In this document: positions 50,125-63,499 of the stretch, in pieces
Numbering within the stretch: position 1 is the first letter of the stretch
Layout: the number at the start of each line of letters is the position of its first letter
Assembly (NCBI RefSeq): GCF_030028105.1
Contig: NC_092382.1
Span: forward strand, 101,076,699-101,140,698
DNA: 64,000 nucleotides
Direction of reading: 5' to 3'
Source: Mobula birostris
Taxonomy: Eukaryota
Notes under the pieces: generated by a model
What the model was told of the DNA's origin: nothing
The model's input: only the letters and a program-made list of their open reading frames with translations
The model's database searches: none
Program-made: the position numbers and the translations under genes

Positions 50125-52615
50125 TCTTCATCAGCAGATTGGGAGGCATTTTTTTGGAAAGGTGGGAAAATAACAGGGTTGTTATCATGGGTGATTTAAC
50201 CTTCTTAATATTGATTGGCACCTGATTAGCTCCAATGATTTAGACGGGACAGAGTTTGTTAAGTGTGTCCAGGACGGATTCCTGTCACAAAATATGTACA
50301 GGACGAACAGGCGGAATGCGATACTAAATCTCGTAATAGGTAACGAACTGCGTCTGGTCACAGGTCTCTCAGTGGGTGAGTTGCTGGTGGTCTGTGAGCA
50401 CCGCTCCCTGGCCTGTAATATTATCATGAATAAGGATAGAATCAGAGAGGACAGGAATAAATAATTGGGGGAGGGGAAATGATGAGGATTTAAGGCCAGA
50501 ACCTGCGGTGTGAATTGGAGTGATGTTTTTGCAGGGAAATATACTGTAGACATGTGGCCGATGTTTAGGGATCTCTTGCTGGATGTTCGGGATTAACTTT
50601 TCCCGAGGAGGAAGATAAAGAAAGGTAGAGTGAAGGAACCATGGGTGACAAGTGAGGTGGAAAATCTAGTCAGGTGGAAGAAGGCAGCTTCCCTGAGGTT
50701 TAGGAAGAAAGGATCAGATGGGTCTTTTGTGGAATGTAGGGCAGTAAGAAAGGAGCTCAGGAAGGGGCTGAGGACAGCAGGATGGGGGCATGAGAAGACC
50801 TTGGCGAGTAGGGTAAAGGAAAACACCAAGGCATTCTTCAATTAGGTGAATAACAAAATGATGGCAGGAGTGAAGATTGGATCATTTAGAGATACAGGTG
50901 TGAAGATTTGCCTGGAGGCTGTGGAAGTAAGCGAAGTCCTCAATGAATTCTTCTCTCCGGTATTCACCAATGAGAGGGAACCTGATGAAGCTGGGGACAA
51001 TATGAGTGAGGATTATGTTCTGGAGCACGTAGGTATTAAGGGAGAAGAAGTGTTGGAGCTGTTAAAATACATTAGGACGGATAAATTCCGGGGCCATGAC
51101 GGAATATTACCCAGGCTTCTCCAGGAGGCGAGGGAAGAGATTGCTGAGCCTTTGGCTAGGATATTCATGTCCTTGTTGTCCAAGAGAATGGTACCGGAGG
51201 ATTGGAGGGAGGCGAATGTTAACCCCTTGCTCAAAAAAGATCTTAGGGATAGTCCGAGTAATCATAGACCAGTGAGCCTTACGTCTGTGGTTGGAAATCT
51301 GTTGGAAAAGATTCTTAGTGATAGGATCTATGGTCATTTAGCGAATCATGATCTGATCAGTGACGGTCAGCATTTCTTCGTGAAAGGAAGACCGTCTCTA
51401 ACAAGCTTGATAGACTTTTTGAGGAGGTGATCAGGCATATAGATGAGGGTAGTGCAGTGGTTGTGACCTGCATGGAAGTAAGTAAGGCATTGGACAAGGT
51501 TCCACAGGGCAGGTTTATTCAGAAAGTCAGAAGGCATGGGATCCAGTGTAGGTTGGCAAGGCGGTTTCCGAACTGGCTCGCCTGAAGATAGCAGAGGCTC
51601 GTGGTGGAGGGAGTACATTCGGTTTGGAAGGTTGTGTCTAGTGGTGTCCCACAAGGATCTGTTCTGGGACCTCTGCTTTTCGTGATTTTTATTAATGACC
51701 TGGATGTGGGGGTTGAAGGGTGGGTTGGCAAGTTTGCAGAAGACACAAAGGTTGGTGATGTAGAGGACAGTGCGGAGAACCGTCGGAAAGACATTGATAG
51801 GATGTAGAAGCGGGCTGAGAAGTGACAGATCGAGCTCAATCCGGGGAAGTATGAGGTTGTATACTTTGGAAAGATAAACTCCATGGCAGAGTACAAAGTA
51901 AATGTTTGATACCTGGTAGTGTGGACGAGCAGGGGGATCTGGGGGTACATGTCCATATATCCCTGAAAGTTGCCTGATAGGTAGGTAGGGTAGTTTTGAA
52001 AGCTTAAGGGGTGTCAGCTTTCATTAGTCGAGGGACAGAGTTTAACAGTCGCGGGTAAATGATGCCGCTCCGCAAAACTCTGGTTAGGCCACACTTGGAG
52101 TACTGTGTCCAGTTCTGGTCACCTCACTATGGGATGGATGTGGAAGCATTGGAAAGGGTACAGGCGAGATTTACCAGCATGCTGCCTCGTTTAGAGAGTA
52201 TGCCTTATGATCAGAGATTAAGGGAGCTAGGGATTTAGTCTTTGGAGAGAAGGAGGATGAGAGGAGACCTGATAGAGTTATACAAAATATTAAGAGGAAT
52301 AGATAGAGTGGACAGCCAGCGCCTCTTCCCCACGTCAGCACTGCTCAGTCCAAGAGGACATGGCCTGAATGAAAGTGGTGGGAATTCCAAGGGGGATATT
52401 AGCGGAAGGTATTTTACTCATAAAGTGGTTGGTACGTGGAATTCACTTTTGAGTCACTGGTGGAGGTAGATACACTAGTGAAAATTAAGTGACTACTAGA
52501 TTGGTATATGGAGGAATTTAATGTGGATGGTTATCTGGGAGGTAATGCTCCCCACAACATTGAGGGCCGATGCGCCTGTACTGCGCTATACTACTCGATG
52601 TTACATGTTCTATGC
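50125..52615 (+). mobile_element. CR1 LINE ORF2 (endonuclease end, RT, 3' end), multiple stops
   Basis: Encodes PEDWREANVNPLLKK...HRPVSLTSVVGNLLE, SGVPQGSVLGPLLFVIFINDLD and KFAEDTKVG. Confidence 0.92.
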
Positions 52616-52619
52616 TTAA

Positions 52620-55600
52620 GAAAAGATGAGGCGACATTTTATCTCACTCGCCAGGCTTGTCAGGTTGTGGGGAAACCTAATCAAGTTACTCCAGTAGCTC
52701 CACTGCAACCGATTCCCTCATTTGGTGAACTGTTCTCCAAACTGATCGTAGATTGCGTCGGTCCATTGTAAAACACTAAAGCTTGCCTCCAGTATTTGCA
52801 GACTATCATGTGGAACGCATTTAGGTTTCCAGAGGCAATAGCTCTTAGGAATATAACGGCGAAAATTGTAACAATTACTGGAATAAAGTTCTTTACTTAT
52901 CTTCGATTGCCTAAGGAGATCCAATATGATCAAGGTAGTAACTCTATGCCTGGATTGTTCCAACAGATAGATTATAATCTGGGAGCCAAACAGATTACGT
53001 CGTCTGCGTTATCATCCCGATTCACAGGCGGCTTGGAGACGTTCCACTGTACCCTCAAACCCATGACTCCGATGGTCTGTGTTAAAAATGAGAAGGATTT
53101 GGATAAGTGCATTCATTTACTTTTGTTTGCAGTAGGGGAGTCAGTGCAATAATTTCTAGCACTCAGTCCTTTTGAACCGGTGTTTGGGCACGGAGGTCAA
53201 GGACCTTTGGCATTCTGAAAGGAACAATGGGTTAACAAAGAATTACATACTAATTTGCCGGATTATGTTTCAAAATTTAAGGAAATATTATAAAAAGCTT
53301 GTGACTTAGCAAGAGAAAAACTAAAATCTGCTCAGGAAAAAATGAAAACTTGGTCGGACAACGAAGCCAGAATGAGGTCACTTAAGCCTTGAAGTGAGGT
53401 GTTGGTTCTTTTCAAGGTGCAAACGTGCCCTTGAAAAGCTAAATTTCCTGGTCCTTATGAGATGATATCTAAGGTCAATGATGTAGATTATGTGGTGAAA
53501 ACACCAGATCGAATAGGCTGACGCAGCTTTGTCATCTAAATATGACAAAACCATATTAAAAGAAACAGTCCGCTAATATGCCTGTTGTGGTCAATAATAA
53601 TGAGTCTTATCCCTCTGGGAACTTATTGGATCCATCTGAGTCTCTATAAACCCAACATTATTTCTGCCACCTTACCAAACTGGAAAATTCTGGAAAATAT
53701 TGAAAAGCAATTGGCTCATTTACGGCCAGAGCAGCTGCGGTAGCTATGGCAGTTAAGTTTTCAATATAGGGATTTATTTCCAGACGTTCCGCAAAGAACC
53801 ACAGAGCTTCACATGATTCAGATGTTCGAGATGCCAAACTCATACAGCAACATCCATATCGGATGAACATGGAAAAATGCGTACTGTGTGAACGAGACAT
53901 TAAGTATATATTAGAACATGATATTATTAGACCTTCCACATCGAATTGGAGTTCGTCTTGTGTTATGGTGCGTAACCAGATGGTAGTATTCGGTTTTCTA
54001 CTCAATACAGGAAGATGAATGCTCCAACAAGAACAGATGCGTATCTAATCCCTGGGGTAGATAATTGTGTGGAGAAAGTTGGAAAAACAAAACCCCTTAC
54101 AAAGATTGATTTGTTAAAAGGGTATGGTGTGTTCCACTGACGGATAGAGGTAGAGAAATTTCTGTATTTGTAACACTATGTGGGTTATAAGAATATAATG
54201 TCCTGGCGTTTGAAATGAAGAATGCACCAGGAACTTTTCAGAGAATGACTAATTCTATGATTTATGGGTTAAAAGATACAGATGCCTATATTGATGATTT
54301 CGTTACAGGAAATGGTACTTGCGAAGCACAGTGGAGCACCTATTTGAAAGGCTTTCAATTGCTAACCTAACTATTAACTTAGCTAAAAGTGAATTTGGTC
54401 AAGCCACTGTGACCTACCTTGGTTATGCTGTGTGTCATGGTAGATTAGATCCTATTCAGGCAGTTTTAGAGGTACCCCCTCCAACTGGTAAAAAGGCTGT
54501 CAGAAGAATCTTGGGAATGGTGGGATATTACGGAAATTTTTCTGAGAGTTTTGCTGACATTGCCCTTCCATGAACTTAGCTCTTGAAGAAAGTTGAAAAG
54601 TTTGTGTAGATAGTGCTTTTTCAGGAGGCATTTAATAAATTCAAAATTATGCTATGTCATGAACCTGTGCTCAGGTCAACTGACTTTGAAAACACATTTT
54701 CATTAGCTGTGAGTGCCAGTGATGAGGCTGCAGGAGCCGTGTTACTCCAAAGGGATGAGGGTGATGAGGTTGATCGTCCGGTAGCTTACTTTTCTAAGAA
54801 ATTTTATTAGCATCAAAAAAGTATTCATCCATTGAAAAGGAATTACTATCTCTTGTTTTGTCTTTACAACACTTTCAAATGTATGTTGGTGCAACTCAGA
54901 AACTACTCAGAGCTCACATTCATAATCCATGAGTATTTTTGAGTAAGATGAGAAACAAAACATAGAAGGTTATTGAATTGGTGTTTGATGTTGCAGGAGT
55001 ATAATATTTTGATAACTCATATTAAGGCAAAGATAATATGATTGCCGATTGTCTGTCCCGATGTTGAATTTACAATGGCATTTTTGAGTGGAATTTAAGA
55101 TTTGTAACTGTATATTAGTTTGTAAGGTGTTGTATGATTATTGTATGCATCTTATCTATGTTGTAGATTGTATGCATTTGTATTTTTTTTTGTAAATAGT
55201 TGTTACAATTTTGCTCATGATATGCCAAATTTTTCCCTTTTTGGGGAGAGGTGTTACATGCCCACTGTTTGCTGCACATTTGTTCTACTTTTGCAGTCCA
55301 GTATTGGAGAGTGAAGACTTTACCAAAGAACCAGAACACAAAGATTAGCTAAAGTTAATGACGTTCGCTGTTTTGGAAGTGATCGACTGTTTGGAATCGG
55401 AACCCTCTGGGACACTGTGGCATGAACGTTTCAGTTACACCCCTGCAAGTTCAGGACTGTTTGTGCGGTGTCCACCCTCCCGAGAGAAAAGGTCAATTAC
55501 TTTATGACTTTATATTCGGTGTGAGACCTTTGGACAAGGCATCGCTCGACTGTGATCGACAGATTTGTCATTTTCTTCGGAAGAACGGTTGCTGCATTAA

Positions 55601-55850
55601 GGTCTGTCCTTAAGGACTGTAAAAGTCACTTGGACTTTTGAATTTACCACTTTAAACGGTGTCTCAATTTACCCCTTTTAGAAGTATTTTTTATGTCGAC
55701 TGTTTTTTCGAGACATCCACGTAACGGTTAACTTCCGGTTAAGCTAGTGTTTACTTTTCTATCTTTTTGAGTAGAGGCTAATAAATGCCGTTGTTTGTTT
55801 GCAAAAACCTGACTTCATTCTCTATTTATTTTGTCACCGCTGACATAACA
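52620..55850 (+). mobile_element. Second Gmr1-like Gypsy element, 5'-truncated: integrase, RT, RNase H, polypurine tract and 3' LTR
   Basis: Order on the + strand: integrase (CQVVGKPNQ...IVDCVGPL...FPEAIALR...QYDQGSN), RT (IDLLKG, NAPGTFQR, AYIDD), RNase H (SDEAAGAVLLQ, VAYFSKK, IADCLSRC). Polypurine tract at 55243-55251. LTR 55252-55850 (TG...CA) with AATAAA at 55780. Confidence 0.9.
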
Positions 55851-56199
55851 ATATTTGCAATGCTTCGCGTTATTTATCTTTACAAGCCTCAAGGCAAGTC
55901 TCGAAAAGATAAATAACGCGAAGCATTGCAAATATTGTCCTGCTTCATACTTAGCTTCACCCTCAGAAAAGACATGCTGATACTGAGATACAAATGACCA
56001 AATATCCAACTCTGAGGTGTGGAGTAACCCCAGCGGCCATTCTTATTAAAAGTAACACATCTGCGATTATAGGCAATATTCCCAAAATGCTCCCCATCGA
56101 ATTATTGACAATTTGGTCGGTCTACCTCCTTATATTTTTCCTATCCTACGTTTGGTCGGTCTTGGAGACGAATGATAAAATAAGTCAGTCAGCATGGTT

Positions 56200-57350
56200 G
56201 TCCATTGGAAATATGAAATATTTCGTTCCGAAAGTTGCTTACAGGGCGGAAAGAGGCGACGCATTGGAATTTACTTGGATTTTCAGAAGCCATTTGAAGC
56301 CACACATGAGGCAGATTAACAAAATTAAATCCTATGTTGTTACAGGAAGGATACTCGCATGGATGGAAGAATAGCTGAGAGGCAGGAGGCACCGAGTGGG
56401 AATAAAAGGGGTCTTTTCCGGTTGACGGCTAGTGACCAGTGGTGTTCTTCAAGGGTTAAAATTTGACAGGTAGCTTTTCATATTGTTTATCAATGATTTC
56501 GATTATGGAATTAATGTTTTGTCGCACATCTTGCGGATGATGCGAAAATAGACGGAAGGGTAGGTAGGGCTGAGGAAGCAATGCGATTGCAACACGACAT
56601 GGACAAATTGGAGGAATGTTCCAGAATGGCAGACGGAAAACAATGTTGGGATATTATGATACTGCATTTTCGTAAAAGAAACAATTACATGGACTGTTAT
56701 CTGAACAGGAAGGAGATTCAAAGATCAATGGTACAGAGAGACTTTGCAGTCCTCGTGAAGAATCACATTAATTTACGGTTAAGTCTGTGGTGAAGAAGAC
56801 AAACGGAATGTTGGCATTTGTTTCAAGGGAGTAAAATACAAAAGCGAGCACATAATGAAGAGCCTTCATAAGACGCTAGTCAGGCCGCAGTTTGAGTAGT
56901 TAAAAAAAGTGGTTCATATCTCAGAAAGAGTGCGATGTCATTGGAGAGTATCGAGAGGAGGACTCGGGAATGAAAGATTTAACGTGTGAGGGTCGTTTGG
57001 CGATTTTAGGCCTGATCTCACTGAAATTCAGACAAATTCAGGAGGATCTCATGGAAACCTACAGGGTGTTCAAAGGACTAGATACGGTGGATGTAAAGAG
57101 AATGTTTCCTATGGGTAGGGTATACAGCACTCGAGGATACAACATCACAAAAGAGGCGCGACCCTTCAGAAAAGACTGCTGCGCACTCCAAATCCGTGCT
57201 GATAGTTAAGGCGGAAATCGATCGCTCTCTGATCGTTCAGGCCATCAAAAATATGGCGTGATGGTAGGATTATGTAGTTGAGTGGGTTCTATCACAGCCA
57301 TGATAGGAAGCCGGAGCAAACTCGCAGCCCCATGGCGCATTACTGCTCCT
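56200..57350 (+). mobile_element. Degenerate CR1 RT to 3' end
   Basis: Encodes remnants of FINDFD, ADDAKI and LGLISLKFRQ. Confidence 0.7.
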
Positions 57351-58907
57351 ATCTCTGATGTTGTTATGGACTATCTAAATATTTTATTAGCCTGTCCCAT
57401 TTTTAGTGTTGTTATGATTCTCGCAAACTTCTGATCATTCAATTATGGGCTGATCCAGCACAATGGGAGACTAATCTTTCCCACTTTGTATAATGAGTGT
57501 AAACTTCCATTTTCCTCAGAGGCACATGTCTGTCTCAGCTTCCCTTCAAGGTCACTAATCTTTTACCTCTACCACCATACTAGAAGTGAATCGCATGGAC
57601 TCTCTGCTTAAAGGTCTAGCCCTTTAATGTTTATTTGAAATTGCCACCTGAAAGTTCCCCGTCACGTTATGCATGCTTCTAAATCAATGATTCTGGAGTA
57701 ATCTGCAAGATTGTTAGTCAGCACATTTTCATACATCCGATTTTTGGTTGTGTATATCTGAAACCCCGGAACAACTCACTGTCGATCAGTGTCTATGAAC
57801 TGTTCTTTATGCGTTGTGATTAACATGCAAATACTGGGTTACAACTTTGTAATTTCTGCATTAATGTCTGTCACCTGCTGGCGGCATTAAGAACAAACCT
57901 ATCATTTCACTGGCTACCTTTCCAACCCATCTGCACTTTCACCAAGCTCCGTCAACAACCACAACTCCATCACGTTTTGTGCCGTCTGCAAGCACGTTTA
58001 TGCATAATCCCTATTTTATTCCAGAACATCTCCAAATTGTCACGTGCAGAATCGCTGCGCTCCACCACTGCCTTCTGTCCTCCATGTTCAGAACATATTT
58101 GAATCCACGCTATCCTCTGCAGCTCCGTCTTACGGATCCCCCTCCTGGAAAGGGTCCTTCTGAAATGTCTTACTTCCAGTCTGTTCCCATGGCTAACAGA
58201 ATGTCTGACGTTTCCAGTGGCTTAATCAGCATATAAGTATTAACATTAGGATTGTATGAGGCAACAAGAGCCCCCCGAGTAAACCAACGCCGTAACAGAC
58301 AACGGCGGGAAAGGAGCAGATCACCGGATGGTCAAACAGGGAAGGAGAAAAGGACAGACTCCGAGGGATCGAAAAAGATGACGGTCGACGTTTCAGAGAG
58401 GTTACGTTCCAATCAGTATCTCACGTGGAATACTCCAGTGTCAGACATTATTCCTGAAATGTCAGCGGGGAAAAAAAAAACTCTGATGTATCCAAACCAA
58501 TCGAAGGTGTTTGTGCGAGAGCAATACTTCTGACAGCATTTCACATTTCGTGCCGAATCTCAATATATAAATAGACACCCGGTGCGCTTTCCTCAACAAT
58601 CACGTTCCCCACATGCCAAATGTACTCAATCCGATCCGACTGATACGATCACCACGGCACAAAGTGATTGTGATGTCCAAGTATGGCAGAATCACCCACT
58701 TGGTGGAACTCAGAGAGACATTACAGGGAACTGGTGAAGAAGGTAAACTGGAAAGAGCTCTGTGGAAAGCAGATTGTTGACACTCCTCAATCATATTAGT
58801 GCCTCAATGTGTGAAGGGCAAAAGATTACCACAGCCGTTCAGAGTCCCTATGGAACAGGACATGCCAGTGAATAAATAGTATATTTTGGGGAGGTATTCG
58901 AGAAAAG

Positions 58908-59833
58908 TCACTGAGGATTAATGCGGTCCTGACAACGCCGAATGCACTTTGCCATGAGACAGAATGGCGATTTCACCGTCTCCTTCAGCTGCACCCTGAA
59001 CCTGGCCTGGACCACGGCGTAAAGGGCCGTGTTGGAGCAGCAGCTGAGGAGCTGCAGCATGTAGCCCAGTTCCCGCAGAGAATCCGGGGGAATCGAGTAA
59101 AAATAAAGGTAATAGCTCTCCCATACGGAATACACCGTCAACAGCGCCCATAGCAGGATGAAATTCCCCGACATCACCAGCAGTAACTGGAGGGATTGCC
59201 GGCGGTTCTTCATCTCCGGGTCGACGGGCGTCTCGCCATCGCGCGAACCACGGAGTCTCCTCCGGGCTCGGCTGGCCACTAGGACGTGCCTGATGGTTAA
59301 ACTGTTCAACAGGAGAATCAGAACAAAGGGTAATATTGGGGTGAGGAGGAAATGAATCAGTAGAAATATTGCCAGCTGACGTGGGGAAAATAAACGGTTA
59401 AAAGTCAAACACAACACGGTCGTAATTTTTATCGAATAGAACCGATTGAGCATAAAGTACCAGAATATGTTCTTTACGCAGCTCAGCACAATAACTGTCC
59501 CCAGAACCAGAGCCGCCGATCTCTCGGTACAGTATTTCCGTTTCAGCTTCTGAAAACAAATGGCGACAAATCGATCAAAGGTGAAAGTGACGGTGAACCA
59601 GACAGAACAGTCCGTGACGCCGTACAACACGACGGCGTGGATATTACACACGGGAACACGAGCTGACCAGTAGAAAACCTTCATTGGCATGTAAGTCATC
59701 GGAATCTTGTTCAATATCACATCCGAGAGAACGACGAGCTGATCCGCTGCTACCATGGCAACCAGGTACCTTGTGACGCCTTTGGAGAGACCGCACTTTC
59801 CCCGAGACAGGATGACGATTGTCACCACGTTCA
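58908..59833 (-). CDS. GPR139-like GPCR copy 3, exon 2; spliced protein 368 aa
   Basis: Acceptor ccgcacag|TG at 59834-59835. The open frame runs VNVVTIVILSRGKCGLSKG...FDRF...SNTALY...RINPQ*. Confidence 0.93.
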
Positions 59834-60508
59834 CTGTGCGGAGGGAAATAAAGACCATTGACACACATTTGGATGGAAGCATTCTCTGAAAACAATTATT
59901 TTAATCTACAGCACTTCCGAGAGCAGAAATCAACATGGAATTAATGTATCTGCTGAGGAGATTATCGGGAGCAGTTATTAAATCGGTAGTGATTATAATG
60001 TACCTGCTGAAGTTCAGGAGAATGAGGGGAATCTCATTGAGACCGATCGAACATTGAATGGCTTAGATATCGTGGACGTGGATAGGGTTGCTTCTGTAGT
60101 GGGGGAGTCGACAACCTGAAGACGAGGCTTCACAATAGAAAGACATCCCTTTAAAACGGAGATGGGCAGTAACTTCTTCAGACCGAGACAGGTGAGTGTG
60201 TGGAATCCATCGCCGCAGACGGCTGTGGGAGGCAGGTCATTGGAACCATTGGTAGAGGAGAGAGATGGGCTTTTGATTCATCGGGTCGTCGATGGCTACG
60301 CGATGAGCGCCAGAATGTGGTTGAGAGCGATAATGAATCAGTTACGATGGAATGGCGGAGAAGGCTCGGTGCTCGAATGACCTAATTTAGCTCCCGAGCC
60401 TTGTGGGCAAAGCAGTCATCGCAACCGATGGCTGGAATGTATTCTGAGCTTTGGCACCATAAGAACGAGTTGCAAAGGGAAGTGTTGAGAGAATAATGAA
60501 CTAATTTA

Positions 60509-61336
60509 GGTAACCATAGAAACTACAACTCAGAAACAGGCCCTTTGACCCTTCTTGGCTGTGCCGAACCATTTTCTGCCTAGTCCCACCGACCTGCACA
60601 AGGACCATATCCCTCCATACACCTCCCATCAAAGTATCTGTCCAACTTATTCTTAAATGTTAAAAAAAAGAACCCGCATTTACCATTTCATCTGGCAGCT
60701 CATTCCATGCTCCCACTACTCTCTGTATGAAGAAGCCCCCACTAATGTTCCCTTTAAGCTTTACCCCCCTCACCCTTAACCCATGTCCTCTGTTTTTTTT
60801 CTCCCCTTGCCTCAGTGGAAAAAGCCTGCTTGCATTCACTCTATCTATACCCTTCATAATTTTATATACCTCTATCAAATCTCCCCTCATTCTTCTACGC
60901 TCCAGGGAATAAAGTCCTAACCTATTCAACCTTTCTCTGTAACTGAGTTTCTCAAGTCCCGGCAACATGCTTGTAAACCGTCTCTGCACTCTTTCAACCT
61001 TATTTATATCCTTCCTGTAATTTAGTGACCAAAACTGAACACAATACTCCAGATTCGGCCCTACCAATGCCTTTTACAACCTCATCATTCCATTCCAGCT
61101 CTTTTACTAAATACTTTGATTAATAAAGGCCAATGTACCAAAAGCTCGCTTTACGACCTTATCTACCTGTGACGCCACTTTTAGGGAATTTTGTATCTGT
61201 ATTCCCAGATCCCTCTGTTCTACTGCACTCCTCAGTGCCTTCCCATTAACCCTGTATGTTCTACCTTGGTTTGTCCTTCCAACGTGCAATACCTCACACT
61301 TGTTTGTATTAAACTCCATCTGCAATTTTTCAGCCC
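60509..61336 (-). mobile_element. Young 5'-truncated CR1 insertion specific to the GPCR3 intron
   Basis: Near-intact ORFs 60660-61067 and 61107-61361 (LEYCVQFWSLNYRKDINKVERV). The empty site is visible in intron 2 (...aattaatgtaccaagtaccacgg...). Confidence 0.9.
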
Positions 61337-62799
61337 AAGTATCACGGTGACAGAAATTCAACTCCCCTCAACTGTCCGCAGGAGAGAAAACGAGAACATT
61401 AGAAACTAGTATTAGGAGCAGAAACAGTTCATCTGTTCGATCTGGCATGATCTGACAATGAAGATGATCACGGTTGATCTAACCATGGCCTCATCGCCGC
61501 ATTCCTACTTTTTCCTCATAGCCATTAATTCCTCCACTATGAAAAAACTATGGCAGCCAGTCTTAAATATATTTATTGAGGTTGGCTGCACTGCTTCATT
61601 GAGCGGAGAATTCCACAGATTCACCCCCCTCTGAGAGAAGAAGTTCCTTCCTAATCACAGTCCTAAATTTACTCCGCAGAATCCTCAAGCTACGTCCCGT
61701 AGTTCCAGTCTCACTTACCACTGGAAACAACTTTCCTGCCACTATCTTATCTATCCATTCCATAATTTTATATGTATCTGGAATATTTGCTCTCATTCTT
61801 CTGAGTTCCAGCCAGTAGGATCCCAGTCGACTCGGTTTCCATTCATAGTCGAAACACCTCATCTCTGGAATCAACTGGTGAACCGTCAGCACAGCCAGTT
61901 TATCCATCATCAAGTCGGATGACCAGAACTGCACAGCACTCCAAATGCTCCCTCACCAGAACCTTGTGCAGTTGCAGCATAACCTCCCGGCTCGTAAACT
62001 CAATCCCTCTGGCAACAAAGTCGCACATCGTATTTGTATTCTTGATAGTCTGCTGCACCTGCAAACTAACCTTCTGTGATTCAAGCACAAACACGCCAAA
62101 GTCCCTCCGCACAGCAGCACACTGCAATCGTTTACCACCTAAATGATATTCCGTTCTTACATTTGCCTTTCCCAAGTGGATAACCTCGCAGATACCAACT
62201 TTTGGCGTTGGAGCTACTAATTTATTCATTTAATTCCGTTCATACTATTTTCTCCCATCATATTTAACCTTCCAAAATGAATGACCTCACACTTATCTGT
62301 GTTGAACTCCATCTGCCTCCTCTTAACGCTGTTTCGCATCCCATCAAAGTCCCACTTTTACCTCTGTCAGCCATGAACATTGTCCACAACATCCCTAATT
62401 TTGGTTCATGAGCAAATTCACTGACACATCGCTGCACTTCCTTCCCCAGGTCACTTATAAAAATGACGAAGAGTACGGGTTCCAGAACAAATCCCTGAGG
62501 CACACCCCTGGTCAACGCCCTCCATGCAGAATATGACCGTCTGCAACAACGCATTGCCTTCTGTGGGCAAGGCATTTCTGGATACACATAGCAATGTTGC
62601 TTTGGATCACACTCCTGATTACTTTCACCATAAGCGTTGCATGGGTTACCTTATCAAATACACTCAGCCAATGTTCGCTGAAACGCTACCGGTTGGAGCA
62701 ACCTGCCTTTCAATTGGCGAGTCGTAAGAAGACAGGTATGAAAGAGAAGCTGACTTATATTTTTCAACGTTAATCATGAGGAAGAGACGAGACACTTAC

Positions 62800-62980
62800 C
62801 AGGAAGAGATACAATGGTGAGTACAGGGTAGTAAACCAGTCTGAATGTTATAAGCGCCCAAAAGATACGTGAGTCCAACGTTAACCTTTCATAATTTTCA
62901 ACAAGATATTGATACGCCCAGAAAATATTCTGCTCAACTCCAGGAGCATTCCGCGATATATTTCGCAGATTATGATCCAT
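62800..62980 (-). CDS. GPR139-like GPCR copy 3, exon 1
   Basis: MDHNLRNISRNAPG...YYPVLTIVSLP plus G, 181 nt, GTAAGT donor. Intron 2966 bp. Confidence 0.9.
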
Positions 62981-63499
62981 TGCTGGGATAGTCAGATTCC
63001 TGTTCCCGATCCAGCCTCTGTCTTCTCTCGGTCTGCAGCCGCTGGTCTCTGACAGCGTAGACTGGCGGCTCTCACTGAAACTGTCGTTGTGAGGGATACC
63101 GCAGATATTAATAGACCAGGTAACCAGCAGCCACACCTCCGCGGTGACGTCTAAAATCCCCACGGACACACCCTGAATTAGGTTCTACGGAATGACAGGT
63201 GCAGTTAACCCTTTATTTGCAGACCGTCAGAGAAGCGATACAATAGCAGATTGGAAGTGTATCTAATAATCCCAGCAGTCGGCTATCCATGGATGCGTGC
63301 CGTGTCTGTAGAAGGACACACAATTGAGAAACTTATTGACACACAGCCAGACACTGATATACAACCAGTCTGGACAGGAAGGTGCGCGCAAGAAATAGAA
63401 TAAGCAATAATGATGATATAAAGAGATTTAAATAATTATTGCATAGATTGTTCTCAAATATTTTGGATCTTGTCGCAGAGTTTTGGCGGGGTGGGGGAG

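Noticed and set aside
59829-59838. Perfect RSS heptamer CACAGTG on the minus strand at the GPCR exon-2 acceptor (also at ~40097-40103; CACAGTT in copy 1)
   Set aside because: It is simply the splice acceptor (cacAG|TG). No nonamer lies 12 or 23 bp away, so there is no evidence the GPCR exons are RAG substrates.
62981-63169. In-frame 63-codon N-terminal extension of GPCR3 suggested by ORF 62774-63169
   Set aside because: It starts at GTG and the frame is not preserved in copies 1 and 2 (shifted or stopped). It is most likely 5' UTR.
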